Shown here in pieces: positions 15,050-24,058 of a stretch of DNA of 43,454 nt. The notes under the pieces were generated by a model. That model did no database searches. It was not told the origin of the DNA and was given only the letters and a program-made list of their open reading frames with translations. A program made the position numbers and the translations under genes. The stretch is from Candidatus Yonathbacteria bacterium. Lineage in GTDB: Bacteria > Patescibacteriota > Minisyncoccia > Phycocordibacterales > UBA1550. The stretch lies in the NCBI GenBank assembly GCA_016201355.1, contig JACQCY010000034.1:1-43454 (forward strand). The letters are read 5' to 3'. Each line of letters opens with the position of its first letter. The first letter of the stretch is position 1.

Positions 15050-16525
15050 TCAATTTATCCTTTCTAATTTATCCTCAATTTTTGTCTCCTTTTCCCTATA
15101 CTCACCACTCTTTACCATAGCCGTCCCTCGTTCTTCGTTTTGCAAGCGTTTTTCATAAGCAGGGCTTTTTTTCATTTTATCAATAATCTCTATAAATTTT
15201 TTGTCCCGGTACGGTAATATTGATTCTGCCGCGATAAACTGCACTAGTACATCCGAACTCTTAATTTCTCTTACTATGCGTTTTATTTCTGCATCGGGCT
15301 GTGTCAGTGATTCAAAATATTCATACATCGCGCGCGCGCGGAGAATATGATATTCATTCGTAATAAAAACTACTTTCTTTATTCCTTTTTTGTACACAAA
15401 ACTCATTACCTCGCCAATTTGCGAAAGAGTATTTGTTGTTTTATCTTCCAAAACAATTCTGTCTCGAGAAATTGAAAATTGCTCCAATTCGTCACGGAAG
15501 ACCGTCGCTTGAGTCTGCCCATGATGATGAGCCCCTGTTGCCATAATCATCGCCTTAGGAAAGTGCATCGCTATTTCTACGGTAGCTAAAACGCGCGCCT
15601 CTCCCCACAAAATACCAAAAGCGTCTCCTTCGTCTATTCGCGTAGAACGATATCTGACCGCACCATCTTGCTCCACTTCTTTTACGATACCTCCTGGCAC
15701 TAAAACAATCATCTCGGGGACAAAACCGATTAGTTTCTCATACATAATCTGATTTCGCTGAAACTGTTCATCCTCTTTAAGTGATTCTTTATATCCTTCA
15801 TATCCTGTCCCGCCCCTATCTTCAAAAAGATTCGGATTTTTATTAAGCAATGCAAGCACATCATTTTTAGAAAAAAATTGTTTTGAAGGATAAAGTAATT
15901 CAAATATTTTTGTAACAAATGCAAAATCTTCCAGAGTATCAACCGACCAATGCATCGCGGAAAAATCTTCCGTACCACTCTGCCATGTTCGCACCCGAAA
16001 TATTTTCGGATGATTATATATGTACGGTGTCACATGCTCGCGCTCTGAAGGATTCGCTGCCTCTTTCCATGCTCGCTCAAGAACACTGAAAGAAAATATC
16101 TCCATATCAAGCCCCTCGGGATAGTTGGTTGGCTTTGATGTATAATCTATATTCTCAATATTCTTTAAAAAGTATTCTATCGTTTCGTCAATAACTTTTG
16201 AGTCAGAGAGAGGACAATCCCCCGTTATGCGAATTACAATATCCGCGTTTGCTTCTTTTGCCGCTTGGTAATAACGATCAAGAACATCAAGCTCGTTTCC
16301 CCTAAAGCAACCCACTCCCGTATCGCGAGCCATAGACACGATAGTGTCGTCCTCACTCTTGATCGTAGTTGCAATAATGATTTTATCAATAAGACGCGCC
16401 TGTTTTACCCGCTCAATCTGATGTATGAGCATCGGCTTCCCTAAAATAAACTTCGACACTTTTCCGGGAAGACGGGTAGATCCCATTCGCGCTTGGATAA
16501 TACAGATGATCATATGTAAAGACAT
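15050..16525 (-). CDS. Fusion protein: SpsF-type cytidylyltransferase (CTP_transf_3/COG1861-like, about aa 1-245) plus a DUF218/YdcF-like domain (about aa 255-430)
   Basis: The N-terminal part has IIQARMGSTRLPGKV, RITGDCPL and EHVTPYIY. The C-terminal part has LVPGG..., LEDKTTNTLSQI and VVFITNEYHILRARAMY, matching the DUF218 pattern E..S.nT.eN / vTs.yHm.RA. An alternative ATG lies at 16513. Confidence 0.75.
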   Translation of the reverse strand: MSLHMIICIIQARMGSTRLPGKVSKFILGKPMLIHQIERVKQARLIDKIIIATTIKSEDDTIVSMARDTGVGCFRGNELDVLDRYYQAAKEANADIVIRITGDCPLSDSKVIDETIEYFLKNIENIDYTSKPTNYPEGLDMEIFSFSVLERAWKEAANPSEREHVTPYIYNHPKIFRVRTWQSGTEDFSAMHWSVDTLEDFAFVTKIFELLYPSKQFFSKNDVLALLNKNPNLFEDRGGTGYEGYKESLKEDEQFQRNQIMYEKLIGFVPEMIVLVPGGIVKEVEQDGAVRYRSTRIDEGDAFGILWGEARVLATVEIAMHFPKAMIMATGAHHHGQTQATVFRDELEQFSISRDRIVLEDKTTNTLSQIGEVMSFVYKKGIKKVVFITNEYHILRARAMYEYFESLTQPDAEIKRIVREIKSSDVLVQFIAAESILPYRDKKFIEIIDKMKKSPAYEKRLQNEERGTAMVKSGEYREKETKIEDKLERIN

Positions 16526-16528
16526 CTA

Positions 16529-17515
16529 CTAAATTTCTGTAATTGCTTTCATTTTATCGCTTAAAAGAAGTTCAACCACCCGTTTTCCTGTATAAATATC
16601 TAGGGGATGTTTCATTACCCCGTCTTTTACTAATTCCACAAAATGTTCCAATTCTTCGAGATATTTTTTGTTTGGCTCAAAAGAATATTTTTGTACTCGA
16701 GTTTTTTCTCTGGGGAGCTCAATAGTAATCTCATGTGTTACAAAGTCAGCCTCAATGGTACCCCTTTCTCCCACAACAACCATACGATGCTTCGATACTC
16801 TCTGCAAAAAATCTGTCTGACACATCACCACAATATCGTGGTCTGTCTTCATCAGACAGAAGACACTGTCATCCACATCCATTTCCAAATCACTTAATTT
16901 TGCTTTCCACCCCGAAAGCTCGTTTATTTCCCCAAAAAGCCATTCGACAGAATCAAAGACATGACTCATACTTGTCAAAAGCGCGCCACCACCGAGCTTC
17001 TTTTGTGCCGCATACTCCATTCGATAGTCCATCGTTGGATGCCAATCGGGTAAATATTGACCTCCGAATAAATTAGAATGATAAACCTTTCCAATCACCC
17101 CATCTTTAAGAAGTTTTTCTAGAGCTAGATATCCTTCGTGGAATCGGTATGACTGTCCCATCATCGCCACTATATTTTTTGAATTAATAATATCAATAAG
17201 TTCATCAATCCCTTTAATTTCTGAAGCAAGGGGCTTTTCAATGAAAACATGGATGCCTTTTTTGGCAAGGAATTTCGCGTTTTCAATATGATATTGTGAC
17301 GGCGTGGCAATCACCGTTGCGGAAATATCCGTATTTTCTTCACAGGCTTTTTTATAATCTGCGTAAAATTTTTCTGAATCTGTTTCCTCGGCAAGCTTTT
17401 TGGCGCGCTTAATATCTACATCGCAAACAATAGTACGAATTCCGAGGGTGCGTGCGTTTTGCGTATGTCGGCGACCAATCGATCCTGCACCAACGATGAG
17501 TAATATCCCTTTCAT
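16529..17515 (-). CDS. Gfo/Idh/MocA-family NAD(P)-dependent oxidoreductase
   Basis: It has an N-terminal Rossmann motif (LLIVGAGSIGRRH), the EKPLA motif and a C-terminal alpha/beta domain typical of the family. Confidence 0.85.
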   Translation of the reverse strand: MKGILLIVGAGSIGRRHTQNARTLGIRTIVCDVDIKRAKKLAEETDSEKFYADYKKACEENTDISATVIATPSQYHIENAKFLAKKGIHVFIEKPLASEIKGIDELIDIINSKNIVAMMGQSYRFHEGYLALEKLLKDGVIGKVYHSNLFGGQYLPDWHPTMDYRMEYAAQKKLGGGALLTSMSHVFDSVEWLFGEINELSGWKAKLSDLEMDVDDSVFCLMKTDHDIVVMCQTDFLQRVSKHRMVVVGERGTIEADFVTHEITIELPREKTRVQKYSFEPNKKYLEELEHFVELVKDGVMKHPLDIYTGKRVVELLLSDKMKAITEI

Positions 17516-17520
17516 TGTTT

Positions 17521-18858
17521 TTAATTAAGCCGAGCAAAACCTGTGTGAGCAACAGGACCTTTCAATCGTTTCTCAACCGTATTCGTATCAAGTGCCGATT
17601 TTAGTATTTTGAATACCTCATCGACCGCCTTCTCGTACTTATTTAAGATTGCGTCAGTATGAGCATAACTCACAAAGACCATATTTGAAGCAAGGAATCC
17701 TCTTTGGAGCATTTCTTGGATAAATAATGTTTTGAGTGCCTGATGTCTATCGCCATATTTAAAAATAAAATTGCTTAGCGGAGATAGTCCTCCTATGGTA
17801 ATCAACAAACCATGTTTAATGGCCTGTCTATTCCAAATCTTTTTAACTTTGACTCCGACATCTTGAAGCTTCTTTGCAACATTAAGTCGTTTCATCTTTT
17901 TCAACGTAGCGAGTGCCGCCACCGGGCCAAGTCTCTCTGTCCAGTTGGTACTGGAAATGAATGTTGTTTGTGCCGCCTGCATCACCTCACGCGTTCCAAT
18001 GATTGTTGCCATAGCAAAGCCATTACTAATGGCTTTTGCGAATACCGCAATATCAGGATTAACACCATACAAAAGATGTGCCCCACCAAAAGTCATCTTC
18101 CATCCAATAGTCACTTCATCAAAAACGAGGACAGCCCCCGTCTTGTCTGCAAGAGCACGAACCTTTTTAAGAAAATCATCTTTGGGCTCCTCTCCTTTCA
18201 TCGGCTCTAGTACAATAACGCCAATCTCTTTCCCATACTTTTCAACGATATCTTCAAGTTCAGATATTTTATTATAATGAAAAGGAAACATTGTTCCCTT
18301 TAAACCACGTGGCACACCGCGCGGTTCAAGCCCAGGAAGAAGATGTCCATCTAAATTCTTATCATCGGAAAGATTTGTGGAAAGATACCAGTCTGACCAG
18401 CCATGATATCCGCAGAAAGCAATCTTGTCCTTACCAGAAAAGGCGCGCGCAATACGAATAGCAATCGCCAATGCTTCGCCCCCCGACCGAGCATACCTAA
18501 CCATCTTTGCCCATGGGTGAATCTTGCAAAGCATCTCGGCAAGTTCTACTTCTTCGGGTGCATTAAGAGTTGAAACCACCCCATTGTCAATTGCTTTCTT
18601 TACCGCCTTATTAACATCAGGGTCAGAATAGCCAAGAAGAGAGCTTCCGACCCCCATAATGGACATATCTATGAATTTGTTCCCATCCAAATCCCACACC
18701 TCTACGCCTTTTGCTTTTGAATAGTAAGACGGCCATCCGTTAGGAAGAAACATCTCTGAGCGCTTAGAAAGAAGCTGGTTCCCCCCAGGAATTATCTGTT
18801 TCGCCTTTTTCCAAAGCGTATGTCCTTTTTTTGTACTTACTGTTTTTTTCTTTTTCAT
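17521..18858 (-). CDS. Class-III PLP aminotransferase (glutamate-1-semialdehyde aminomutase-like)
   Basis: It shows a HemL-like layout: ARSGGEALAIAIRIARA, VLVFDEV and the FAKAISNGFAMA segment with the probable PLP lysine. Confidence 0.8.
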   Translation of the reverse strand: MKKKKTVSTKKGHTLWKKAKQIIPGGNQLLSKRSEMFLPNGWPSYYSKAKGVEVWDLDGNKFIDMSIMGVGSSLLGYSDPDVNKAVKKAIDNGVVSTLNAPEEVELAEMLCKIHPWAKMVRYARSGGEALAIAIRIARAFSGKDKIAFCGYHGWSDWYLSTNLSDDKNLDGHLLPGLEPRGVPRGLKGTMFPFHYNKISELEDIVEKYGKEIGVIVLEPMKGEEPKDDFLKKVRALADKTGAVLVFDEVTIGWKMTFGGAHLLYGVNPDIAVFAKAISNGFAMATIIGTREVMQAAQTTFISSTNWTERLGPVAALATLKKMKRLNVAKKLQDVGVKVKKIWNRQAIKHGLLITIGGLSPLSNFIFKYGDRHQALKTLFIQEMLQRGFLASNMVFVSYAHTDAILNKYEKAVDEVFKILKSALDTNTVEKRLKGPVAHTGFARLN

Positions 18859-18906
18859 TTTTTAAGAAGATTGTGCTTTTACTCTTTTAGCGCCACTACT
18901 CATATA

Positions 18907-20046
18907 TTATAGCCCCCTGTCGATATTTTTTATAGTTTTGATAACTAGCGCCTGATTCCGAGGAGGAAGTGCCGGGAAAATAGGGATGGAAATTTCTGAT
19001 TCTGAAAAAAGTTCCGCATTTGGGCAAAGACCCTTTTTGTAGCCTAGCGCCTCATAATAGGGATGTAGGTAAACGGGGAGATAATGAACCTGCACTCCAA
19101 TACCCGCTTTCTGCAATTCAATAAAACAAAAATCTCTCAAATACTTCTTTTGTGGAATGAGGCGTAGCGCGAATAAATGCCAGCTTGATGTTTTTCCGGA
19201 AAATGTTTTGGGTATAATAAAATTTTTAAGGCCCCCAAGTTCTCTTTGGTATCGAGACGCGATAGCTTTTCTTTTTTCTATGAAAAAATCGAGTTTCTTC
19301 ATTTGGCTCACTCCTAATGTGGCCTGAATATCGGTAATGCGATAATTGAACCCCATATCCTGCATTTCATGATACCATGAGGGATTATTCTTCTTAGAAA
19401 GTTTCTTCTTATCTTTGATAATACCGTGACTTCGAAATGAAAGTAATTTCTCGTAGTATTTTCTATTATTGGTAACAATAGTTCCTCCTTCTCCTGTGGT
19501 AATTGACTTCACGGGATGAAAGCTGAACATTGTCATATCGGCAAGCGCGCCGATTTTTTTCTTACCATAGGATGCGCCAAGCGCATGCGCTGAGTCTTCA
19601 ATAAAAACTAATTTATGTCGTTTTGCTATTTTCTTAAGAATAGCAACATCTACGGGTAACCCCGCATAATCAACACCGACGATTGCCTTTGTCTTTTTGG
19701 TTATTTTTTTCTCTACCTCTCGAGGATTTAAGTTGCCAGTTTCCAAATCAATATCAGAAAATACGGGAATTGCTCCTACTGCCACTAACATATTCGTGGT
19801 GGCCGCAAAGGTAAGCGGTGAAGTAATCACCTCGTCACCCTCGTGAATGCCAGCTGAATAGTATGCAGCGTGAAGCGCTGCGGTTCCAGAGGAAAATACT
19901 ACGGAATATTTTGCTCCACAATAGCGAGCTAATACCTCTTCAAATTCTCTGACTTTAGGACCTTGCGTAATAAATGATGATTTTAATACCTTTACAACTT
20001 CTTGAATATCATCTTTATCAATCCATTGTCGCGAATAAGGAATCAT
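18907..20046 (-). CDS. pseC: DegT/DnrJ/EryC1-family sugar aminotransferase, PseC-like (UDP-4-amino-4,6-dideoxy-hexose forming)
   Basis: The N-terminus is MIPYSRQWIDKDDIQEVVKVLKSSFITQGPKV. It also has SGTAALH and FSFHPVKSITTGEGG (PLP lysine). An ATGA overlap joins it to the upstream pseB-like gene. Confidence 0.85.
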   Translation of the reverse strand: MIPYSRQWIDKDDIQEVVKVLKSSFITQGPKVREFEEVLARYCGAKYSVVFSSGTAALHAAYYSAGIHEGDEVITSPLTFAATTNMLVAVGAIPVFSDIDLETGNLNPREVEKKITKKTKAIVGVDYAGLPVDVAILKKIAKRHKLVFIEDSAHALGASYGKKKIGALADMTMFSFHPVKSITTGEGGTIVTNNRKYYEKLLSFRSHGIIKDKKKLSKKNNPSWYHEMQDMGFNYRITDIQATLGVSQMKKLDFFIEKRKAIASRYQRELGGLKNFIIPKTFSGKTSSWHLFALRLIPQKKYLRDFCFIELQKAGIGVQVHYLPVYLHPYYEALGYKKGLCPNAELFSESEISIPIFPALPPRNQALVIKTIKNIDRGL

Positions 20047-21026
20047 ATTTTCAATATTTTATTGACCTCTTTTGCAGGAAGGAGAAAGTCTCCACTATCG
20101 CTGCTATATATAGACTCTACCGGAAAAGGTTTCTTTTTTCTGAAAGAATCCTTGGTGGCCCAACTTACAAACTCAGGCAAAATAGCAAACATTGTGTCTA
20201 AATCTCTCGTGCGCCCAGATTCATGTTTTGTGAGAAGCTTCTCATGGAGTTTTTCACCTGGTCGAATGCCAATAACATTCAATTTGCATTCAGGAGCAAG
20301 AGTCTTTAATACATCGACAACACGCAAACTTTTCATTTTTGGGATAAAGATTTCTCCGCCTTCCATGCAATCAAGGATATTGATGACTATTTCCATAACA
20401 TCTTGAATATGAATCCAAAAACGCGTCATACGCTCGTCGGTGAGTGTTACTGACCCCGTAGCACGCTGTTTTTCAACGAGCTCAATCACGCTTCCGCGAC
20501 TGCCAATAACATTTCCATACCGAACAACAGAGAGTTTTGTATTCCCTTGACCACGATAAGCATTCGAAGCAACAGTCAAGCGCTCAGCAACGAGTTTTGT
20601 CGCTCCATAGAGATTAATCGGTTCAACAGCTTTATCTGAAGAAACAAAAAGTACCTTATCAACACCACGATTGAGCGCGGCATCTACCACATTTTGTGTC
20701 CCATTAATATTTGTTTTAACTGCTTCAAGGGGGTTGTATTCAGTAGCGGGAACCTGTTTAAGAGCGGCGGCATGGATTACGACATCAACACCCGAAAATG
20801 CTCGTTCCAACCTCGACAAATCGCGGACATCCCCCAGAAAGAAGTTAAGTCTTTTGTCCTGAAAATCACGAGACATTTCGTTCTGCTTGAATTCATCTCG
20901 ACTTAAAACAATAACCTTCACAACTTTTTTGTTTTTAAGAATTCGCGCCACAAAGGCGCGACCAAAAGTACCCGTTCCCCCCGTCACTAATATTATTTTA
21001 CCGTCAAGGTAGCCCTTTCTATTCAT
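20043..21026 (-). CDS. pseB: UDP-N-acetylglucosamine 4,6-dehydratase, short PseB/FlaA1 type
   Basis: The motifs are LDGKIILVTGGTGTFG, VLSRDEFKQNEM, HAAALKQVP and YGATKL (YxxxK). The 327-aa length is typical of PseB. Confidence 0.85.
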   Translation of the reverse strand: MNRKGYLDGKIILVTGGTGTFGRAFVARILKNKKVVKVIVLSRDEFKQNEMSRDFQDKRLNFFLGDVRDLSRLERAFSGVDVVIHAAALKQVPATEYNPLEAVKTNINGTQNVVDAALNRGVDKVLFVSSDKAVEPINLYGATKLVAERLTVASNAYRGQGNTKLSVVRYGNVIGSRGSVIELVEKQRATGSVTLTDERMTRFWIHIQDVMEIVINILDCMEGGEIFIPKMKSLRVVDVLKTLAPECKLNVIGIRPGEKLHEKLLTKHESGRTRDLDTMFAILPEFVSWATKDSFRKKKPFPVESIYSSDSGDFLLPAKEVNKILKI

Positions 21027-21053
21027 TTTGAAATTATATAGGAATGGACCACC

Positions 21054-22985
21054 TCAGTCAACTTTTTTCTTTGTTCTCAATGTTTCTAAGAAAGTGACCA
21101 TACGCTCAGCTGACTTCTCGTCAAAACAGAAATTCTCTTTGACAAAATTGTTTGCGTTACGGACAAGAATCTTCCCTTCATGAGGATTCATAATAAGCGC
21201 CCGCGTAGACCGAGCAAGTTCGTCCTCTGTCCTAACAATACGCAGAGCTTGCGCTTGTTCATAGGGTAAAAAATGCGACTCCATGAGCATCCGATCATTC
21301 CTGTCTATGCCCACAAGAATAATCGGCTTCCCTATAATCATCGCCTCCAATACAACGGTTGAAAAACTAGACGCGATAATGTCAGAGATACTCATCAATT
21401 TATGCAAATTCTCATACTGGGCAATACGGCATTTATCACCGAAGGATTCCTTGATAGCTCGCTGAAAGAAAAACTCCGTGGCAGGTCCCGGGCGTATTTT
21501 TATAATAATTTGCAATCTATCAAGGCTTCTGACCGCAGTAGCTATCTTTTTGAATAATTGGAGCATACTATATGTATCATGAGTCTGCCCCAAAACAATA
21601 TCAGTGGCAACATATAGAAAAACGGGTTTGTGTATGTCAATATTCATCTTTTCTATAAGATCACTTTCGGCCTCTTTGGTGATTACTTCATTCCTATATT
21701 GATCGAAGCGAGGAGAACCAATATTAATCACATCAAGGTTAGCGTCTTTCACTTTTCCCAGCTCTCTTTGAATAAGCGGTCCGTACGAGGCAAGAATGTC
21801 AGCACTCTTGTGAATACTCAATGAAAAGTCCTCATAACATTCAAGCCCGTGCTGTAATTCTACCGCGGGGATGCCCATCTTATGCGCAACCAAACCAAGT
21901 ATCGAGAAATGCACCTGTCCGCTCGCACTCGCTCTCAAAATCACTGCTTCAATCTTTTGTTTTTTAAAGAGTCGTTCGGTCGCCCCAATCATTTCAATCA
22001 CCTCTTTAGAAAAAGAGGTGATGAGATGTTTGTATGCAGGTCGGACGATTTCCCAGAAATTTATTCCGTACCAAATGAATTGCTTGGAAAAATCAGGGTG
22101 TCGACCGAGTTCTCGCCACTTCTGTTCATAATATTGCCGTTTCTCCTCTGCATAACTTTCAATAGAAGATGTGGAATAATCGCTTGGGTGATTAAATAAA
22201 ATCTTATACTTCCAAATATAATCTCGAGCGTTTTGTATCTCCTTGCGCTCCATCATGGAGATTTCGACGCCATTCATTTTTGTTATAAATGAATCAATAT
22301 GCCACCAGTAGTCACTCACAAAAATTTTCATCGCGCCACGAGAACGAAATAGGGAAATGACTTTGTTGAGAAACTCAATAGACCAAATAAAGACATTCCT
22401 TGTGAACGACCGCGTAAGTTTGTGAAATTTTCTTCTTGCGATAATATTTGGCGGACACAGGATAATATTTAAAGGAACTCCGTATTTCTGAGACAGAAAT
22501 ACCATCGTATCAATCCCCGCGCGGATCTCGAACGGAGCCAGCTGTCCAACGGTCGAAGATAATTTAATCACCGACTCGGGAAAATGGATTAGAGTAATAT
22601 TTTTGAACTGGTTGAATATGAACTCAAAAATATCCAAATAATATAAGATCCTAAGCAAATATTCACTCAATGAATATCCAATGATTCTGCCGAGGCGAAT
22701 GCCCTCGTGTTCAAAAAAATTAAATTCAGGATTATTGTACAACTGCCTCGTCAATCTTGAGACTAAAAGAGCGCGTTCTTTTAGAGAGCTTCTCGCTCCA
22801 TAGCCGACCATAGAATGAAAAGGAATACCACGATCACGCAAAGCAATTTCAATTTCATAATCAATGGGAACAATTATTGGACCATCTCCATTTTTGAGTT
22901 TATCAATATCAAAATACGCAAGGATGACATCAACATGACCCATTTCATAGAGAATAACTAGTGATTTATCGGTAGGATTATTCAT
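21054..22985 (-). CDS. Unassigned 643-aa protein. The C-terminal half looks like a GT-B fold (TagF/capsule-synthesis-like transferase); the N-terminal half was not recognised.
   Basis: The segments are EAVILRASASG...MGIPAVELQHG (compare the Q-W-HG motif of glycerophosphotransferases) and SDIIASSFSTVVLEAMIIGKPIILVG (a nucleotide-sugar-binding-like segment). There are no TM segments. The assignment is weak. Confidence 0.4.
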   Translation of the reverse strand: MNNPTDKSLVILYEMGHVDVILAYFDIDKLKNGDGPIIVPIDYEIEIALRDRGIPFHSMVGYGARSSLKERALLVSRLTRQLYNNPEFNFFEHEGIRLGRIIGYSLSEYLLRILYYLDIFEFIFNQFKNITLIHFPESVIKLSSTVGQLAPFEIRAGIDTMVFLSQKYGVPLNIILCPPNIIARRKFHKLTRSFTRNVFIWSIEFLNKVISLFRSRGAMKIFVSDYWWHIDSFITKMNGVEISMMERKEIQNARDYIWKYKILFNHPSDYSTSSIESYAEEKRQYYEQKWRELGRHPDFSKQFIWYGINFWEIVRPAYKHLITSFSKEVIEMIGATERLFKKQKIEAVILRASASGQVHFSILGLVAHKMGIPAVELQHGLECYEDFSLSIHKSADILASYGPLIQRELGKVKDANLDVINIGSPRFDQYRNEVITKEAESDLIEKMNIDIHKPVFLYVATDIVLGQTHDTYSMLQLFKKIATAVRSLDRLQIIIKIRPGPATEFFFQRAIKESFGDKCRIAQYENLHKLMSISDIIASSFSTVVLEAMIIGKPIILVGIDRNDRMLMESHFLPYEQAQALRIVRTEDELARSTRALIMNPHEGKILVRNANNFVKENFCFDEKSAERMVTFLETLRTKKKVD

Positions 22986-22997
22986 GGTGTATGATTT

Positions 22998-24050
22998 TCA
23001 GGCAAGCATCTTCCTGATACTATCATGGATGGTCTTTTCAGAAATATCAATCAAACATTTATAATATTTTCCTTCTCCTATCCAGTAAAAACAATCTCCT
23101 CCTTTTTGTCCGTCGCAGGTGCAATTTTTGTTCTCGGCTAGAATGGTGGCGTTCTTATTGTAGTAAGGGAGCCAATGAGGGTTTGAAAGATTCCCGATGA
23201 TAACACTGCGTTTCTGCAAAACCCCCGCAAGATGGGTTATTCCCGTATCCACACCTAGGTAACCACGCGCTCTGTCTATTATATTTGCAAGCTCTGTCAT
23301 GGTAATCATCCCCGTGAGGTCGATAACAGAATTTGGAGAGACCCCGGCATCGAAAATTTCTTGAATAAATCGACGATCTCGCTCGCTCCCGGTAACAACG
23401 ATCTTGATATTAGGAAAATTGTTCGATAGATATTTAAAAATTTTTACCCAGCGATCGGGAGGTAAGCTGCGTACCGGGTTAGAAGCACATGGGTGAACAA
23501 CGACATGGGTGAAACGAACGAGATGGTGTCGCTCCAAAACACCCGCATCAGAGACAAAATGATACAGTGGCACTGCTGAAGGAATGTTAAGATATTGTGT
23601 ACTAAAAAGACGAGCAAGATTCTGGTAAACCGACAATTTGTAATTAAAATATAATACTCCTCCTCTCTCCTTCCCGCGCATTCCATCTTTTAGAAAGAAA
23701 AATCGGGAACTTTGAATATGTATGGATAATAAGCGAAAAAGAAATTGAGTGAAGAAAGAAGCTTCTTTAAGTATTCCATTGTATACGACCAAGTTCCTCT
23801 GCCACACAAGAGACATCAATAGAAACAGCGCAGATAAAAAATTATAGCGATTGATTTCAACCACCTGAATATGAGGATATGCGGAAAGAAGATCTTGCAA
23901 TATTGATACATTACGGGGAGTAATAATAATAATCTTGCTTTCGGGAAGTTTTTTCTGCACGCTATCCGCGCAAAGCGTCCCCATTAAACAATCTCCAATG
24001 GCGCCATTGATGAACATTATTATATTGTTATATTTTTTTATAGAATTCAT
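22998..24050 (-). CDS. Glycosyltransferase family 9 (heptosyltransferase-like)
   Basis: It has an N-terminal INGAIGDCLMGT, a central HPCASNPVRSLPPDRW, then IVVTGSERD and LGVDTGITHLAG. Confidence 0.75.
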   Translation of the reverse strand: MNSIKKYNNIIMFINGAIGDCLMGTLCADSVQKKLPESKIIIITPRNVSILQDLLSAYPHIQVVEINRYNFLSALFLLMSLVWQRNLVVYNGILKEASFFTQFLFRLLSIHIQSSRFFFLKDGMRGKERGGVLYFNYKLSVYQNLARLFSTQYLNIPSAVPLYHFVSDAGVLERHHLVRFTHVVVHPCASNPVRSLPPDRWVKIFKYLSNNFPNIKIVVTGSERDRRFIQEIFDAGVSPNSVIDLTGMITMTELANIIDRARGYLGVDTGITHLAGVLQKRSVIIGNLSNPHWLPYYNKNATILAENKNCTCDGQKGGDCFYWIGEGKYYKCLIDISEKTIHDSIRKMLA

Positions 24051-24058
24051 AAATATCG

